From the IMG/VR virus record IMGVR_UViG_3300002835_007718, positions 1-64,000 of that record: a stretch of 64,000 nucleotides of DNA. One strand, written 5' to 3'. The notes under the pieces were generated by a model that did no database searches, had not been told where the DNA came from, and worked only from the letters and a program-made list of their open reading frames with translations. Of this stretch, positions 27,738 through 37,715 are shown piece by piece. Position 1 is the first letter of the stretch; every line of letters begins with the position of its first letter. The translations under genes and the position numbers were made by a program. This stretch comes from a virus.

Positions 27738-29004
27738 CTAATTTCTTCAATTTAGGTAGTTGAAGTGTAACTTGTTGAGGTCCTTTTCCCGCGTTATGTT
27801 TTTGTAGAATGTCACCAAGTAATTGAGTCATTTTTCCAATCGTAAAGTTATCCTTTACATACTTGCGGTTTTTACGAGACCTTTCTTCTGCTTTTTTATA
27901 ATTATCGTAAATCCATTTTAAATGGCCACCCGCGTCTGAATAATCTATATTAAACCAACTAGCTTCTTTCATAATCCAATCATTAGCTGATGATGGATGA
28001 ACTTGTTTAACCTCACCACCAATTAAGAAGTTGTAGTCATTATGTAGAAAATCCAAGTGACCACTCCAATTTGATGCAAGGATTGGTTTACCACTTACAC
28101 ACGCTTCTAATAGTGGTCTACCAAACCCCTCCCCCTTTGTAAACGATACGTGTGCTTTTACCTTTGGGTGATTATACAATGAGTTCATTTCCTCATCTGA
28201 AAGGTCACCATCGAGAATGTAAATGTTTGGTATATTTTTAGAATCAATATTACTTTTAAGCATCTCAATTCGTTCTCGTATTTCATGAACATTTGTAATG
28301 CCAGGTGATACAAGTGATGTCTTGAGGATAAGTGCTGGCTTCTTTACTTTGTTTTTAAAAACTTCAAGAAATGTATAAACCAATCCACTAACATTTTTTC
28401 GGTCTTCACCAGAGTTTCCTTGTAACCAATGACCTACAAATAAAAATGCAAAATCTTCTTTGATGTTTGACATTACTTCGTTTACCGAAGGATGGACTGG
28501 CGTTTTGTTATCGTAGATATTTTCGTGGAATCCTTCAAACAAAACTTCAACAGGTTTGGTAAGTTTTAATTCACCAATTTTTTGTTTAGTCTTTTCATCA
28601 ATTTTATCATAAATAACATTTAGTGTAGATGCAGAGTGATTCGATGAAACAATATTTAAATCCATACGATTACATCCTTCAATAAATGCAGGACTGGCTT
28701 GGTTGGTTTCAATTACAGCAGAAACCCCAATATTAAAATGACCAGCAGGTTGAAATTCATTTGGAATTGTAATCTGAATCCAAATATCCGGCTTTTGGTT
28801 TAGATTGGATATAAAACGAGATGTTAAATCAGAATCGGATTCACTTAAAGCATTTTGAGGTGTATTACCCCATCGCTGTGGTAGGATACGAATATCCCAC
28901 TCTTCATTTTTTACTTCGATAAGAGACCTAACAAAATCTCTTGAACGAGAACCATACCCACTTCTTGTTGCAATAGGGCAACTAACTACACATAACTTTT
29001 TCAT
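27730..29004 (-). CDS. GT4-type glycosyltransferase
   Basis: SGYG, FLFVG, RKNV, GEGFGRPLLEA...GKPILAS. Confidence 0.9.
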   Translation of the reverse strand: MKKLCVVSCPIATRSGYGSRSRDFVRSLIEVKNEEWDIRILPQRWGNTPQNALSESDSDLTSRFISNLNQKPDIWIQITIPNEFQPAGHFNIGVSAVIETNQASPAFIEGCNRMDLNIVSSNHSASTLNVIYDKIDEKTKQKIGELKLTKPVEVLFEGFHENIYDNKTPVHPSVNEVMSNIKEDFAFLFVGHWLQGNSGEDRKNVSGLVYTFLEVFKNKVKKPALILKTSLVSPGITNVHEIRERIEMLKSNIDSKNIPNIYILDGDLSDEEMNSLYNHPKVKAHVSFTKGEGFGRPLLEACVSGKPILASNWSGHLDFLHNDYNFLIGGEVKQVHPSSANDWIMKEASWFNIDYSDAGGHLKWIYDNYKKAEERSRKNRKYVKDNFTIGKMTQLLGDILQKHNAGKGPQQVTLQLPKLKKLDA

Positions 29005-30416
29005 GCTTTATAAATATCAAATCGTTTACGAGGAGCCCAATTTTGGAAACATCCTTCAATAGCTTCAACAAACTTTTCACCCATAGATTCAGATGCCATT
29101 TCTGCTTCTGATACAATCCATTCATGTCCTAATTGACCACACTTGATTAACGAACTTCTACCTTTTTTCAAAGCTTCGTCAAGTTGGTCTGCAATTTCAA
29201 TATAATCGGCTCGGTCATCAAAAATATACGGAGTCGCAGGAGACCCTTGAAGAGAAAGATTGGATGGCCACACAGGAAAAGCCCAAACCCCCCAACTCAA
29301 TGATTCATTAGATTTCCATTCTCTATGATTGTGAAGAGACCCGATTTTAATGTAATCCTCTTCAGTTAGTTGTTTACCATCTAATTCAAACCCACATTGG
29401 TCTTGAAGGCCACCGGTAACATTCACAATAATTGGTGTGCCGGCTCGTAGAGCTTCACATGATGCAAGACCAAATCCTTCATTTGATGCAATGTTTAAAA
29501 TTACATCGCCTGAATTGTAAAATAAGTTAAGTTCCTCAACCGACATTATGGTATTAGTAAATTTATAATCACCAAATTTACCATTCCATTTAATTACTTC
29601 TGGAATATTTGTTCCGTTTTCATCAATTGGTTGAGTATGCATAAACAACAACATTTTTTTATCGGGATGTCGTTTAGCAAATTCATTAAAAGCAATAACT
29701 AAATCACCTGGTTGTTTTCTACGAATATTTCTATTGGCCCAAACTGCAATAAAATCGTATTTTTCTAAATCATGTTTCTTTTTAAACTCAATCAAGTTTA
29801 AATCGTCAGATGGTAGTGGTTTAAAATGTTTTGAAACTCCATGTGGAATGTATTTATAAGCCCAATCTTCTTTTGGCATTTTATAAGTTTCCAAAGTCCG
29901 TTTATTAATACCATAAGTTTGTTTTGAGATAGACATCAACAAATCACAACTTGCGTAAAACGGAGCGTTCCACATTGGGTCTGGCAAAGAGTCCCAAATG
30001 TTATAATACATAATAGGAACAAACTGACGAACTTCTAATTCCATATCATACAACCACTTCCAAAAGCGAGGGTCGGTAAAGTGTAAGATTGCATCAGGCT
30101 TTTCAATATTGATTAATTCACGAAGAATGCCAGGATTCCCATATCCCGTATGAGCATAAATTTTAACACTAGCATCTTCTACGCCAGTTTCTTTAGCTAC
30201 ATCAGATGATACATCAAATATTTTTAGATGGTCTGGATGATTTAAAGCTGCCCCCAATTGAACCCAATCATATTTATGAACAGTAGATAATACTATTTCT
30301 TTAGATTGAGTTGCGATTCCACTATGAAGTCGTAGGTCATCCGATAACAAAAGAATTTTCTTTTTCTTTGGTTTATTCGGGTCTATTTTTTTTAATTTAG
30401 GTAAGTTTACTTCCAT
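29001..30416 (-). CDS. GT4-type glycosyltransferase
   Basis: SGIA, IPHGV, RNIRRK, NEGFGLASCEAL..GTPII. Confidence 0.9.
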   Translation of the reverse strand: MEVNLPKLKKIDPNKPKKKKILLLSDDLRLHSGIATQSKEIVLSTVHKYDWVQLGAALNHPDHLKIFDVSSDVAKETGVEDASVKIYAHTGYGNPGILRELINIEKPDAILHFTDPRFWKWLYDMELEVRQFVPIMYYNIWDSLPDPMWNAPFYASCDLLMSISKQTYGINKRTLETYKMPKEDWAYKYIPHGVSKHFKPLPSDDLNLIEFKKKHDLEKYDFIAVWANRNIRRKQPGDLVIAFNEFAKRHPDKKMLLFMHTQPIDENGTNIPEVIKWNGKFGDYKFTNTIMSVEELNLFYNSGDVILNIASNEGFGLASCEALRAGTPIIVNVTGGLQDQCGFELDGKQLTEEDYIKIGSLHNHREWKSNESLSWGVWAFPVWPSNLSLQGSPATPYIFDDRADYIEIADQLDEALKKGRSSLIKCGQLGHEWIVSEAEMASESMGEKFVEAIEGCFQNWAPRKRFDIYKA

Positions 30417-30443
30417 TCGTAACTTTGTTGTTTTTATATTATA

Positions 30444-30475
30444 TAAATATACGAAAAAATTTACTAATTTACAAA
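30444..30475 (-). promoter_or_regulatory. Bacteroidota-type promoter heading the glycosylation island
   Basis: TTTG-N20-TATATTTA. Confidence 0.6.
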
Positions 30476-30859
30476 TTTAGCACTTTTTCCGTATCGACCT
30501 AACACTCTATTAAAATGATTGTATTCATTTTGTGGAATATCTCCAAAGTATATAAGTTTATCTGCATTTTCTACAACACAATTGTATTGATGTAGAGGTT
30601 GAGTTGGATGAAATGGTTTTTCATAATACTCTTCATTCATACCACTATAAAGATTCATAGGTGTAGATGCTGAATTATATTCAATATATTTACATCCCAT
30701 TTCTAAAGAAAACTTTCGAACCCACCGCTCAACCCCATTCTTACATCCTCTGGTGATTAAAATTAAATCTTCACCATATTTTTGTTTTAACTTAAATATA
30801 AGGTCTTTGATTTCGTTTCGATTTTCATATTTTTCACTTCCAATCAAAGCCACTCTCAT
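30464..30859 (-). CDS. SLOG/YspA(DUF2493)-like protein
   Basis: MRVALIGS..Y, LITRG..GVE, VENADKLIYF. Confidence 0.55.
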   Translation of the reverse strand: MRVALIGSEKYENRNEIKDLIFKLKQKYGEDLILITRGCKNGVERWVRKFSLEMGCKYIEYNSASTPMNLYSGMNEEYYEKPFHPTQPLHQYNCVVENADKLIYFGDIPQNEYNHFNRVLGRYGKSAKFVN

Positions 30860-30896
30860 ATGTTTGTCCTTTTTAAATCGGTAATTTACTTTCACC

Positions 30897-31469
30897 CTAT
30901 TGGAATTTTTTGTGTAATTGTTCTTTTTCAATAACATCTTTTAATCTTTTAATGTAATTTGGGTCTTCCGCATAACTTTTTGATAAATACTGAAAATAAT
31001 CATCTTCATTTGTAATCCCACTTAAATATCTACATTGATAAAATGCGTAATCGTATACGGATTCTTCCCAACTTTCATAAAACGCATGATTGTGTTGAGT
31101 TCCTTTTGCGGTATTAACCCTTCGATATGCTTGTTTCATACCAAACAAATTATTATTTTTTTTAAAAATATTAGATGTCCAATGTCCAGTTTCAATTATA
31201 GATTGAGCCATTACAATGTGGGGAAATTTAACATTTAAATTATTTAATAAATTAACTAATTGCTCAGGTTCAAATGCTTTACGACCTTGATTAATTATAA
31301 TTAATCGTTCCTCCGGACTTAACTCACTAATAACCTTATGTCTAGCAATTTGTGTTGTGTATTGATAAGTTAGTATAGAAGTTATACCTAATACTATGAA
31401 AACTAATAGTATAAATTTATTAGTTACTTTTTCAAATTTCACTTGATTTTTTGAGTAAATATATAGCAT
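30897..31469 (-). CDS. GH73 glucosaminidase-domain peptidoglycan hydrolase with N-terminal TM anchor
   Basis: AQSIIETG, NNLFGMK, SW.ESV.DY, YAEDPNY. Confidence 0.88.
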   Translation of the reverse strand: MLYIYSKNQVKFEKVTNKFILLVFIVLGITSILTYQYTTQIARHKVISELSPEERLIIINQGRKAFEPEQLVNLLNNLNVKFPHIVMAQSIIETGHWTSNIFKKNNNLFGMKQAYRRVNTAKGTQHNHAFYESWEESVYDYAFYQCRYLSGITNEDDYFQYLSKSYAEDPNYIKRLKDVIEKEQLHKKFQ

Positions 31470-31482
31470 ATTAATTAATTAA

Positions 31483-32430
31483 TTATTCTTTAATTCGGTC
31501 TTTTTTAGAACACAATTCACTATCTTTGAATGGACACCATTTACAATTTTTACTATTTTTACCAGCGATAGCTTGAAAATCCCCATCAACTTTATATGTC
31601 CCATCTTCATTAAAACCTTCATCAATAAATCGATTAAATTCCTTTAAGATTTTTCTCATTGTAGGAACTCCATGGGCTGGAACAAACTCTTGAACTCGTT
31701 TTTGAGCAAACATAGCCTCTTCCCATAATTTTCGTTTTACAATAAAATAACGAACTTGAATCTTTTCAAGAGGATATCCATATTGGTCAGCGAAGAATTT
31801 TTTGTAAAGTATCAGTTGAGCAGTTTTGGTTTTGTCATCTTTTTGATACTTGTTCCAACCATTAGTAGATGTTTTTATATCCCAAATTTCAATTGTGCCA
31901 TCTTCTATGATTTCAAATACTAAGTCAAGAAATCCCTTCATCATGATATGTTCATTGGATTCGGATGCTGGGTAGTAGATAGGTAATTCCACACCTAATA
32001 ACCTCATCTTTCGAGTTGAAAAATATTCAGAACGATTCTTTTTTAAAAAATCTAATATTTCTACACCATCGAAGTAAAATTCGTTCATCTCACTTTTAGA
32101 GGTGAACTTTATATTATAGATAGCCATTGACTTTTTATACTCCCGTGTCATGTTGTCTAACAACATTTGGTTGAGGTCCATGGTATCGGCTGATGCTGGA
32201 CTTTCGCTATATATAACTTTTAACCAATCTTGGATAACTTCATGCATTGCAGTTCCAAAGATTAGGTGAATAGATGGGTCATCGGTTTTGTTACCATCTA
32301 CGTAGGTTAGTTTCCATTGTTTAGGGCAGTTAGCCCACATTGTATATTGAGAATAGGAAATTTTAACATCACCCTTTTTCTCTTCATATACGGGAAAGTT
32401 AAATATATTGGAAACTACTGACTTTTTCAT
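31483..32430 (-). CDS. PD-(D/E)xK exonuclease, Cas4/AddB-like with 4-Cys cluster
   Basis: CPKQW, FGTAMH, GFLDL...WDIKT, QLILY, CKWCPF....C. Confidence 0.85.
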   Translation of the reverse strand: MKKSVVSNIFNFPVYEEKKGDVKISYSQYTMWANCPKQWKLTYVDGNKTDDPSIHLIFGTAMHEVIQDWLKVIYSESPASADTMDLNQMLLDNMTREYKKSMAIYNIKFTSKSEMNEFYFDGVEILDFLKKNRSEYFSTRKMRLLGVELPIYYPASESNEHIMMKGFLDLVFEIIEDGTIEIWDIKTSTNGWNKYQKDDKTKTAQLILYKKFFADQYGYPLEKIQVRYFIVKRKLWEEAMFAQKRVQEFVPAHGVPTMRKILKEFNRFIDEGFNEDGTYKVDGDFQAIAGKNSKNCKWCPFKDSELCSKKDRIKE

Positions 32431-32435
32431 CTATA

Positions 32436-32467
32436 CAAATATACGAAATTATTTTGAATTATCCAAA
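32436..32467 (-). promoter_or_regulatory. Bacteroidota-type promoter
   Basis: TTTG-N20-TATATTTG, 5 nt before the ATG at 32430. Confidence 0.75.
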
Positions 32468-32842
32468 TTATACCATTGGAAATCCACTTACTGAATTGTT
32501 TGTTGTTGAACGATATTGTGGTGCGTTTGAGCTCCAACCCTTTGAATGGTTGTTGAAATGCGGTTTTGAATATCGTGAAGTAGCTGTGCCAATCAAGTCC
32601 CAACCGCTTTCCCATTTTTCAAATGAAGCACCATTTTTGAAAGTTACACTAAACTCATCAAAAAAGTCCAACATTTTTATTGAAACCTTACGAAAAATGT
32701 TCTTTCGTTCGGGCTTAATAACCTCAATAAAAAGGATTGACCTAGCCTTAACTCGACAAATTTTCAAATCCATCGAAAACAACTGCCCCTTAACAGGAAC
32801 ATTTACTTTTACAATTTTACCTTGAAGCTCTGATAATTCCAT
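32468..32842 (-). CDS. Hypothetical protein
   Basis: 124 aa ORF with its own promoter. Confidence 0.55.
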   Translation of the reverse strand: MELSELQGKIVKVNVPVKGQLFSMDLKICRVKARSILFIEVIKPERKNIFRKVSIKMLDFFDEFSVTFKNGASFEKWESGWDLIGTATSRYSKPHFNNHSKGWSSNAPQYRSTTNNSVSGFPMV

Positions 32843-32863
32843 AAATTTCCTCTTTTTACATAC

Positions 32864-32918
32864 TAAAGATACGAAATTTATTCAAATATACCAAATTTTA
32901 ATGTTAAGAAATTGTTAT
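32864..32918 (-). promoter_or_regulatory. Promoter with upstream 11-bp-period TTAACA-like direct repeat
   Basis: ATAACA-N5-TTAACA-N6-TTTG-N20-TATCTTTA. Confidence 0.6.
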
Positions 32919-33334
32919 CATTTTCCCCATTTTCCGTTCTGAACAATTTGAGCAATGATACCATACACCGAAAGGTCAGCGAATGTATCTTGAACTGACT
33001 CACCAACCTCATCAGGTTGACCCAAAATAATCATTTGTTTCAATCTCTGAATTTTGTCGTTGATTCTGAACCAGAGTCCGGTAAGTGACAATTTGATGTC
33101 ATCGTTGGTTTGTAGAGTTGTTCCTACGGAGATGTTACCAGGTCCGTAATTTCTTTGTTTTTTACAAAAAGTTTCGTACTGTTCATACATAATCCTTTTG
33201 TATTCCGCCATCATTTGGGGATAGTTTTCTTCACAATATATAACAGCTGATTGTTCAGCACCACCATAAACATTTCGTTCTTCTTCACCAATCCACTCTA
33301 TTTTGGTTTTTGCGTCTTTAATCATTTTAACCAT
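32918..33334 (-). CDS. Nucleotide-modification-associated domain 1 (Nmad1/DUF1599-like)
   Basis: KQRNYG..NI, RINDKIQRL, ESVQDTFADLSVYGII. Confidence 0.8.
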   Translation of the reverse strand: MVKMIKDAKTKIEWIGEEERNVYGGAEQSAVIYCEENYPQMMAEYKRIMYEQYETFCKKQRNYGPGNISVGTTLQTNDDIKLSLTGLWFRINDKIQRLKQMIILGQPDEVGESVQDTFADLSVYGIIAQIVQNGKWGK

Positions 33335-33777
33335 TTATCTATTTCTTTTTTATCTACTCCGAACTTTTGAATAATCAATTTTACTTCATCTATTGTAAGA
33401 ATTTCAAGATAATCTTCTATTTCACGAGAGGATAGTTTGAAATATTTACAAAGATACGTTACCACGTGTTTGTCCCACTTAGATTCTGATTTGCTTTTGA
33501 TATATTTGTCAAAAGACTTTTTCTTTGGTAGAACATCCGAATACACTTTATATAGCTCACGAGATTTTAACTGACCATTAGTGTATTGTTGAATCTCGTT
33601 TACAAATTCAATGTAGTCTAGGTTCATAGATAGAAATCGGTTGACCATATACATATCAAACGATTTTCTATCTACCTCGGAGAGGGATTCCCACTTATCT
33701 TTTTTGTAGGTAATCCCCCCCAAGTGGTCAAAAAGTGACTTTGCTTTTACAACAATTTCATCACTTTTTTTCATCAT
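33322..33777 (-). CDS. Clamp-loader small subunit (gp62-like)
   Basis: LFD.L..I, YMVNRFLSM, K.K.F.KYIK, YFKLS..E; near the RFC ATPase. Confidence 0.75.
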   Translation of the reverse strand: MMKKSDEIVVKAKSLFDHLGGITYKKDKWESLSEVDRKSFDMYMVNRFLSMNLDYIEFVNEIQQYTNGQLKSRELYKVYSDVLPKKKSFDKYIKSKSESKWDKHVVTYLCKYFKLSSREIEDYLEILTIDEVKLIIQKFGVDKKEIDKWLK

Positions 33778-34036
33778 TTTCAAAAAATTCGCGTGGAGTG
33801 AACTTTGGATGCACTGTTCCACAATCATTACAAACTACCACCGGAATAGGCAACATTGATGCTTGACCATTTGGAGATTGAATTGCGGGAACTTCTTTAA
33901 ACATCGTCAACTCGGTGAAAAAAATACCATCACAATTAGGGCAAGCCACTGTGGGTAATTTAAATGGGTCGATTTGCATTTGCGGTGCTTGAGTCTTCTG
34001 ACCCATAGGAATCACCTTGGTTTGTTTTTTTGTCAT
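33761..34036 (-). CDS. Small zinc-ribbon protein
   Basis: CPNC...CNDCG. Confidence 0.65.
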   Translation of the reverse strand: MTKKQTKVIPMGQKTQAPQMQIDPFKLPTVACPNCDGIFFTELTMFKEVPAIQSPNGQASMLPIPVVVCNDCGTVHPKFTPREFFENDEKK

Positions 34037-34037
34037 A

Positions 34038-34955
34038 TTAATTAATTGTCATAATAATGTTAATCATCATCGCCATAGTGTTGATTTCTTTATCAACCAC
34101 CATTGAGTCCTTATATTGACCATCTGCGATGTTTAAGATGGTCTGACCTACTTTTCCATTAGCATACTCATCCACTCTATCATAAAGTGTTTTGTATAAA
34201 GGTGTGAAATCACGAACTTTTGAGTCAGCAATAATTTGTCGGATTGTAGTGAATTTTGTTTTCACATCAGCCGATTTAATTAATTCTTCTACTACATTAT
34301 CTGCATAATTTGCTTGAATGTTTGAAGTTGAATCAATTACCAATTTACCATTGATAACTTGTCGTTGTGCTGCATTTAAAACTCTACGAATGTCAGGATA
34401 TCCACTATTTACAAGAATAGCAAGTTCATCCGTTTGAAATTCCACACCTTCTTCATTTAGAATATCAAACAATCGTTTAGCAACTTCTTTCTTTGATGGC
34501 GGGGTGATAGCAAACGCCTGACAACGAGACTGAATCGGGTCAATTACTTTTTCAACATAATTGCAAGTCAAAATAAATCGTGTTGACTTTGAAAATGTTT
34601 CCATTAAATTACGAAGAGCTGCTTGAGCATTAGGAGTCAAATAGTCGGCTTCATCTAAAATAACAACCTTCCATTTTTTGAAACCCATAGATGATGCAAA
34701 CCCACGAATTTTATCACGAACCGCGTCAACAGAGTTTTCATCTGAAGCGTTTATATACATCAAATCACAATCAATCTGATTGGTAATAATTTTAGCAAGT
34801 GTGGTTTTGCCCGTTCCAGCTTGACCATATAATAAGAGGTGGGGAACATCCTCGTTTTGAATATAAATCTTTACTTTTTCAAGAATATGTTGGTTTCCAA
34901 CATAACCTTCTAATGTATCTGGTCGATATTTTTCGACCCATAGTGAATTACTCAT
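34038..34955 (-). CDS. Clamp-loader large subunit (RFC/gp44-like AAA+)
   Basis: LWVEKYRP, GQAGTGKT, INASD, LDEAD, SRC. Confidence 0.95.
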   Translation of the reverse strand: MSNSLWVEKYRPDTLEGYVGNQHILEKVKIYIQNEDVPHLLLYGQAGTGKTTLAKIITNQIDCDLMYINASDENSVDAVRDKIRGFASSMGFKKWKVVILDEADYLTPNAQAALRNLMETFSKSTRFILTCNYVEKVIDPIQSRCQAFAITPPSKKEVAKRLFDILNEEGVEFQTDELAILVNSGYPDIRRVLNAAQRQVINGKLVIDSTSNIQANYADNVVEELIKSADVKTKFTTIRQIIADSKVRDFTPLYKTLYDRVDEYANGKVGQTILNIADGQYKDSMVVDKEINTMAMMINIIMTIN

Positions 34956-36139
34956 CTTCCTACTTCTTTTAAATATTTTTCTTTACAATCTTCCCACGAC
35001 ATACCAATGATGTCAATATAAAAGAGAGACTCTGGTTTGATACGACCCTCCTCATGAAGTTTTATGTATCTATTAATTGCTTTTGGTTTCCACCACTTCA
35101 TCGTGTATTCATCACCTTGAACAAACTTATCCTTCATTACAAGTTGGTCTTCAGTAATTTCATTGCGTAAAAACTCATTACCATTATCATACATTTGAGC
35201 GAAATATACCCCTCTTTTAAATCCATGTTGATAGTGAGACGCTCTAATACCAACTTCTTTAAAAATCAGATTAATAATTTTTTGTTTCACTCCGGTAGCA
35301 GGCCCATCAACACCTTCTTTTTCAGCAGTTTGTTTAGCGTATTCTTCAGGCTTATTTTCCTTTATCCAATGATGCCATCCCTCATATACTGAATCATCTG
35401 GCTTTGTAGCTACCTTACCTGCGGATTCACCCAAAGTTTTAAAATGTGGAATTCCGTTATATTGAGAGTGAATACCATATAAAGATGTTGTTCCAACAGC
35501 AATCAGAGTTTGTCCGTATTTTTCTTTCCAATGGTTACGAACTTCTGCAGAGGTAGCCATACAAGCTACCAACTTACCACCCAAGAAGTTATATCCCAAA
35601 GGCTGTGTGCATACAATCGTGGTAGCAATCGTAGTATGATTCAACCTACCATCTTTGTATTTATTATCTTGTGTCCATCCAATATAGTTATCTCTAACCC
35701 CCAATGATGTCACATCCGACCCCAATGATACCAATCCAAGAATTTTACCACTAACTCGGTCTTTAATATAAATTTTGACATTACGACCTGGATTGGCGTC
35801 AAATGACATTGTATGGATTAGTTTTCGGATTTCAGTCCAACGAGTGGACTCTTTGGGGTCATCAACAATTTCCACATAAGGTTCAAGCAATTCAATTTCT
35901 TTAATCGTTTGTTCTTTGTTATAGATGTCAATAGGCATCCAAAGAGCATCGTAATGAAGCGCCAGACCTGCTTTTCTCTTCATAGAGGTAGCCAAGTCAT
36001 AGTTCCATTCTTGCCACTTTTTGTAAAGTGTTTGTTCCTCTACTGACATAGAAGAAAGGTAGTTCATATTTTCAATGAACTTACCCTTTTCTACATCATA
36101 GTTAAACTTAGGCTTTGCTGGCTCGGTATCCCAAAACAT
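34952..36139 (-). CDS. DUF4338 (DruA-like) protein
   Basis: NPGR, RDNYIGW, QPLGYNFLGGKLVA, TTSLYG..SQY, LGES.G. Confidence 0.7.
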   Translation of the reverse strand: MFWDTEPAKPKFNYDVEKGKFIENMNYLSSMSVEEQTLYKKWQEWNYDLATSMKRKAGLALHYDALWMPIDIYNKEQTIKEIELLEPYVEIVDDPKESTRWTEIRKLIHTMSFDANPGRNVKIYIKDRVSGKILGLVSLGSDVTSLGVRDNYIGWTQDNKYKDGRLNHTTIATTIVCTQPLGYNFLGGKLVACMATSAEVRNHWKEKYGQTLIAVGTTSLYGIHSQYNGIPHFKTLGESAGKVATKPDDSVYEGWHHWIKENKPEEYAKQTAEKEGVDGPATGVKQKIINLIFKEVGIRASHYQHGFKRGVYFAQMYDNGNEFLRNEITEDQLVMKDKFVQGDEYTMKWWKPKAINRYIKLHEEGRIKPESLFYIDIIGMSWEDCKEKYLKEVGR

Positions 36140-36834
36140 TACTTAATCTCTACTAAATAATAGTTTGATTTATACCCATCATGTTCAAAAGAAACATGAG
36201 CAAGACCTTGTGATGAGACCTTCATAGAAGATGCTTTAGCACCACGATTTGCGTTCAAGATTTCTTTCAAGTATTTAGCAGAGAATGAAATAGGTTCAAC
36301 ATCACTTTCACAAGTGCATTGAACATTAATTGAAATTCGGTTTGAGTTGATTTTAGAATAACCTAAAATTATCTCACCTTTATTATTCTTACACTTGAAT
36401 GTAAAAGTGTCAGAATCACTTAAAGCACCTTTAGATTTGATAAACTTACTTACGAAGTCTTCATCTAAAGTAATAGTAGAACCAAAATTAGGGAGCGCCT
36501 TGAGTTCTGGAACTACGGGAATAACTGATAAATCAGCTAACATATAGTTTACTGATGTACCTGTGTCGGAGAACGCCAAACTGGCGGCACCTTCTTCAAT
36601 ATTGATGTTTGAATCTAAAACACCAAGTAAACCTTTGAGTTGGGAAGTCGTGTATACACCAAATTCTCCGTTAGGGAACTCTTTGTCTTCACTTTCAACA
36701 GTACCCAAAAGGGTTTTGTCATCAGAAATGAATTTTACAAACAATCCTTCATCGGTAGAGTTAATTTTTACAGATTCAACCTCACCACCCAAATTGTAAC
36801 GGGCTACAAACCCTTCAAATGAACTTTTTTTCAT
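36139..36834 (-). CDS. Sliding clamp (gp45/PCNA-like)
   Basis: 231 aa; EFGVY, FSAKYL..IL, C-terminal YYLV; near the clamp loaders. Confidence 0.75.
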   Translation of the reverse strand: MKKSSFEGFVARYNLGGEVESVKINSTDEGLFVKFISDDKTLLGTVESEDKEFPNGEFGVYTTSQLKGLLGVLDSNINIEEGAASLAFSDTGTSVNYMLADLSVIPVVPELKALPNFGSTITLDEDFVSKFIKSKGALSDSDTFTFKCKNNKGEIILGYSKINSNRISINVQCTCESDVEPISFSAKYLKEILNANRGAKASSMKVSSQGLAHVSFEHDGYKSNYYLVEIK

Positions 36835-36856
36835 GTTTTTTTATTTTTTATTTATA

Positions 36857-36888
36857 CTAATATACGAAATAATTTTGAATTATACAAA
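36857..36888 (-). promoter_or_regulatory. Bacteroidota-type promoter
   Basis: TTTG-N20-TATATTAG. Confidence 0.65.
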
Positions 36889-37491
36889 CCATTGGTGGAT
36901 TTTTTGTTTTCTTTTTTTAAATCTATAAATGTAAATGTTTTTTGTTAATGTTTCCACATATTCAGCACTTCCATTATCCAATGCGTTTTTTAATTCAATA
37001 GCAACGGGTTTTAATTTCCCATTGTGTTTGTTTCTTAAAGTTTTGCCGTGATACCTACGACCATTCCACATAATAACTCTTCCCGCTGATGTTTCACCCA
37101 TATACTCAAAGTTTGTAGCTTTATAAACCACACCTTCGTGTCCAAATGTTTTATCAGCGTATGAGATTATCATTTCTAAATCAGTATTTCGTTGTAACCA
37201 CCGAAGCGTCCAACCTATAAAATACGATTCGGTATTTTTTGGAGTATCATCAATACACACCAATCTTTTTAGTTCTAAAATCTTGGATGGATTGGGGTTA
37301 TACTTTTCAGCAACTCCAAGCATACCCAAAGACCCATAAACCATAGCACCAATCATAGTATCACCATCCATCAATTTAAAGCAATATGAAATGTGCAATC
37401 CATTCATATTTTTTGAATAGTGATGGGTTTCCACGAAATCTACAATTTCACTCCGTGGACATTGTTCTACTATGTAATTGGTTACACTCAT
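36880..37491 (-). CDS. Mom-like (GNAT-fold) DNA modification protein
   Basis: HHYS, LELKRL, NTESYFI, ISYAD..GHEG.VYKATNF. Confidence 0.8.
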   Translation of the reverse strand: MSVTNYIVEQCPRSEIVDFVETHHYSKNMNGLHISYCFKLMDGDTMIGAMVYGSLGMLGVAEKYNPNPSKILELKRLVCIDDTPKNTESYFIGWTLRWLQRNTDLEMIISYADKTFGHEGVVYKATNFEYMGETSAGRVIMWNGRRYHGKTLRNKHNGKLKPVAIELKNALDNGSAEYVETLTKNIYIYRFKKRKQKIHQWFV

Positions 37492-37715
37492 TAATTTGTT
37501 CGCTCGTTGAACTTGTCCTCCAGCATTTCATTAATATTTCCAATAGTATACGCATTTTGTAAAACTGAATCTAATACATCATATGCGTCATCCTCTGAAA
37601 TGTCACCAAATCGGTGAACATCATCGGTGTGCCAGAGATTATCTACATAGTAACCATGTTCTTTTAATACTTGTTTTGCTTGTTTGGTAGTCATATCATT
37701 TAAATTAAAATCCAA
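37491..37715 (-). CDS. Small acidic hypothetical protein
   Basis: 74 aa ORF coupled to polB. Confidence 0.55.
   Translation of the reverse strand: MDFNLNDMTTKQAKQVLKEHGYYVDNLWHTDDVHRFGDISEDDAYDVLDSVLQNAYTIGNINEMLEDKFNERTN

Noticed and set aside
14163-30416. Bacterial O-antigen/capsule locus (chromosomal origin)
   Set aside because: No wzx/wzy/wzm/kps export genes, and the block is embedded among T4-like replication and lysis genes on the same strand
31483-32430. Cas4 as part of a CRISPR-Cas system
   Set aside because: No cas1/cas2 or array nearby; solo Cas4-like exonucleases are common in phages
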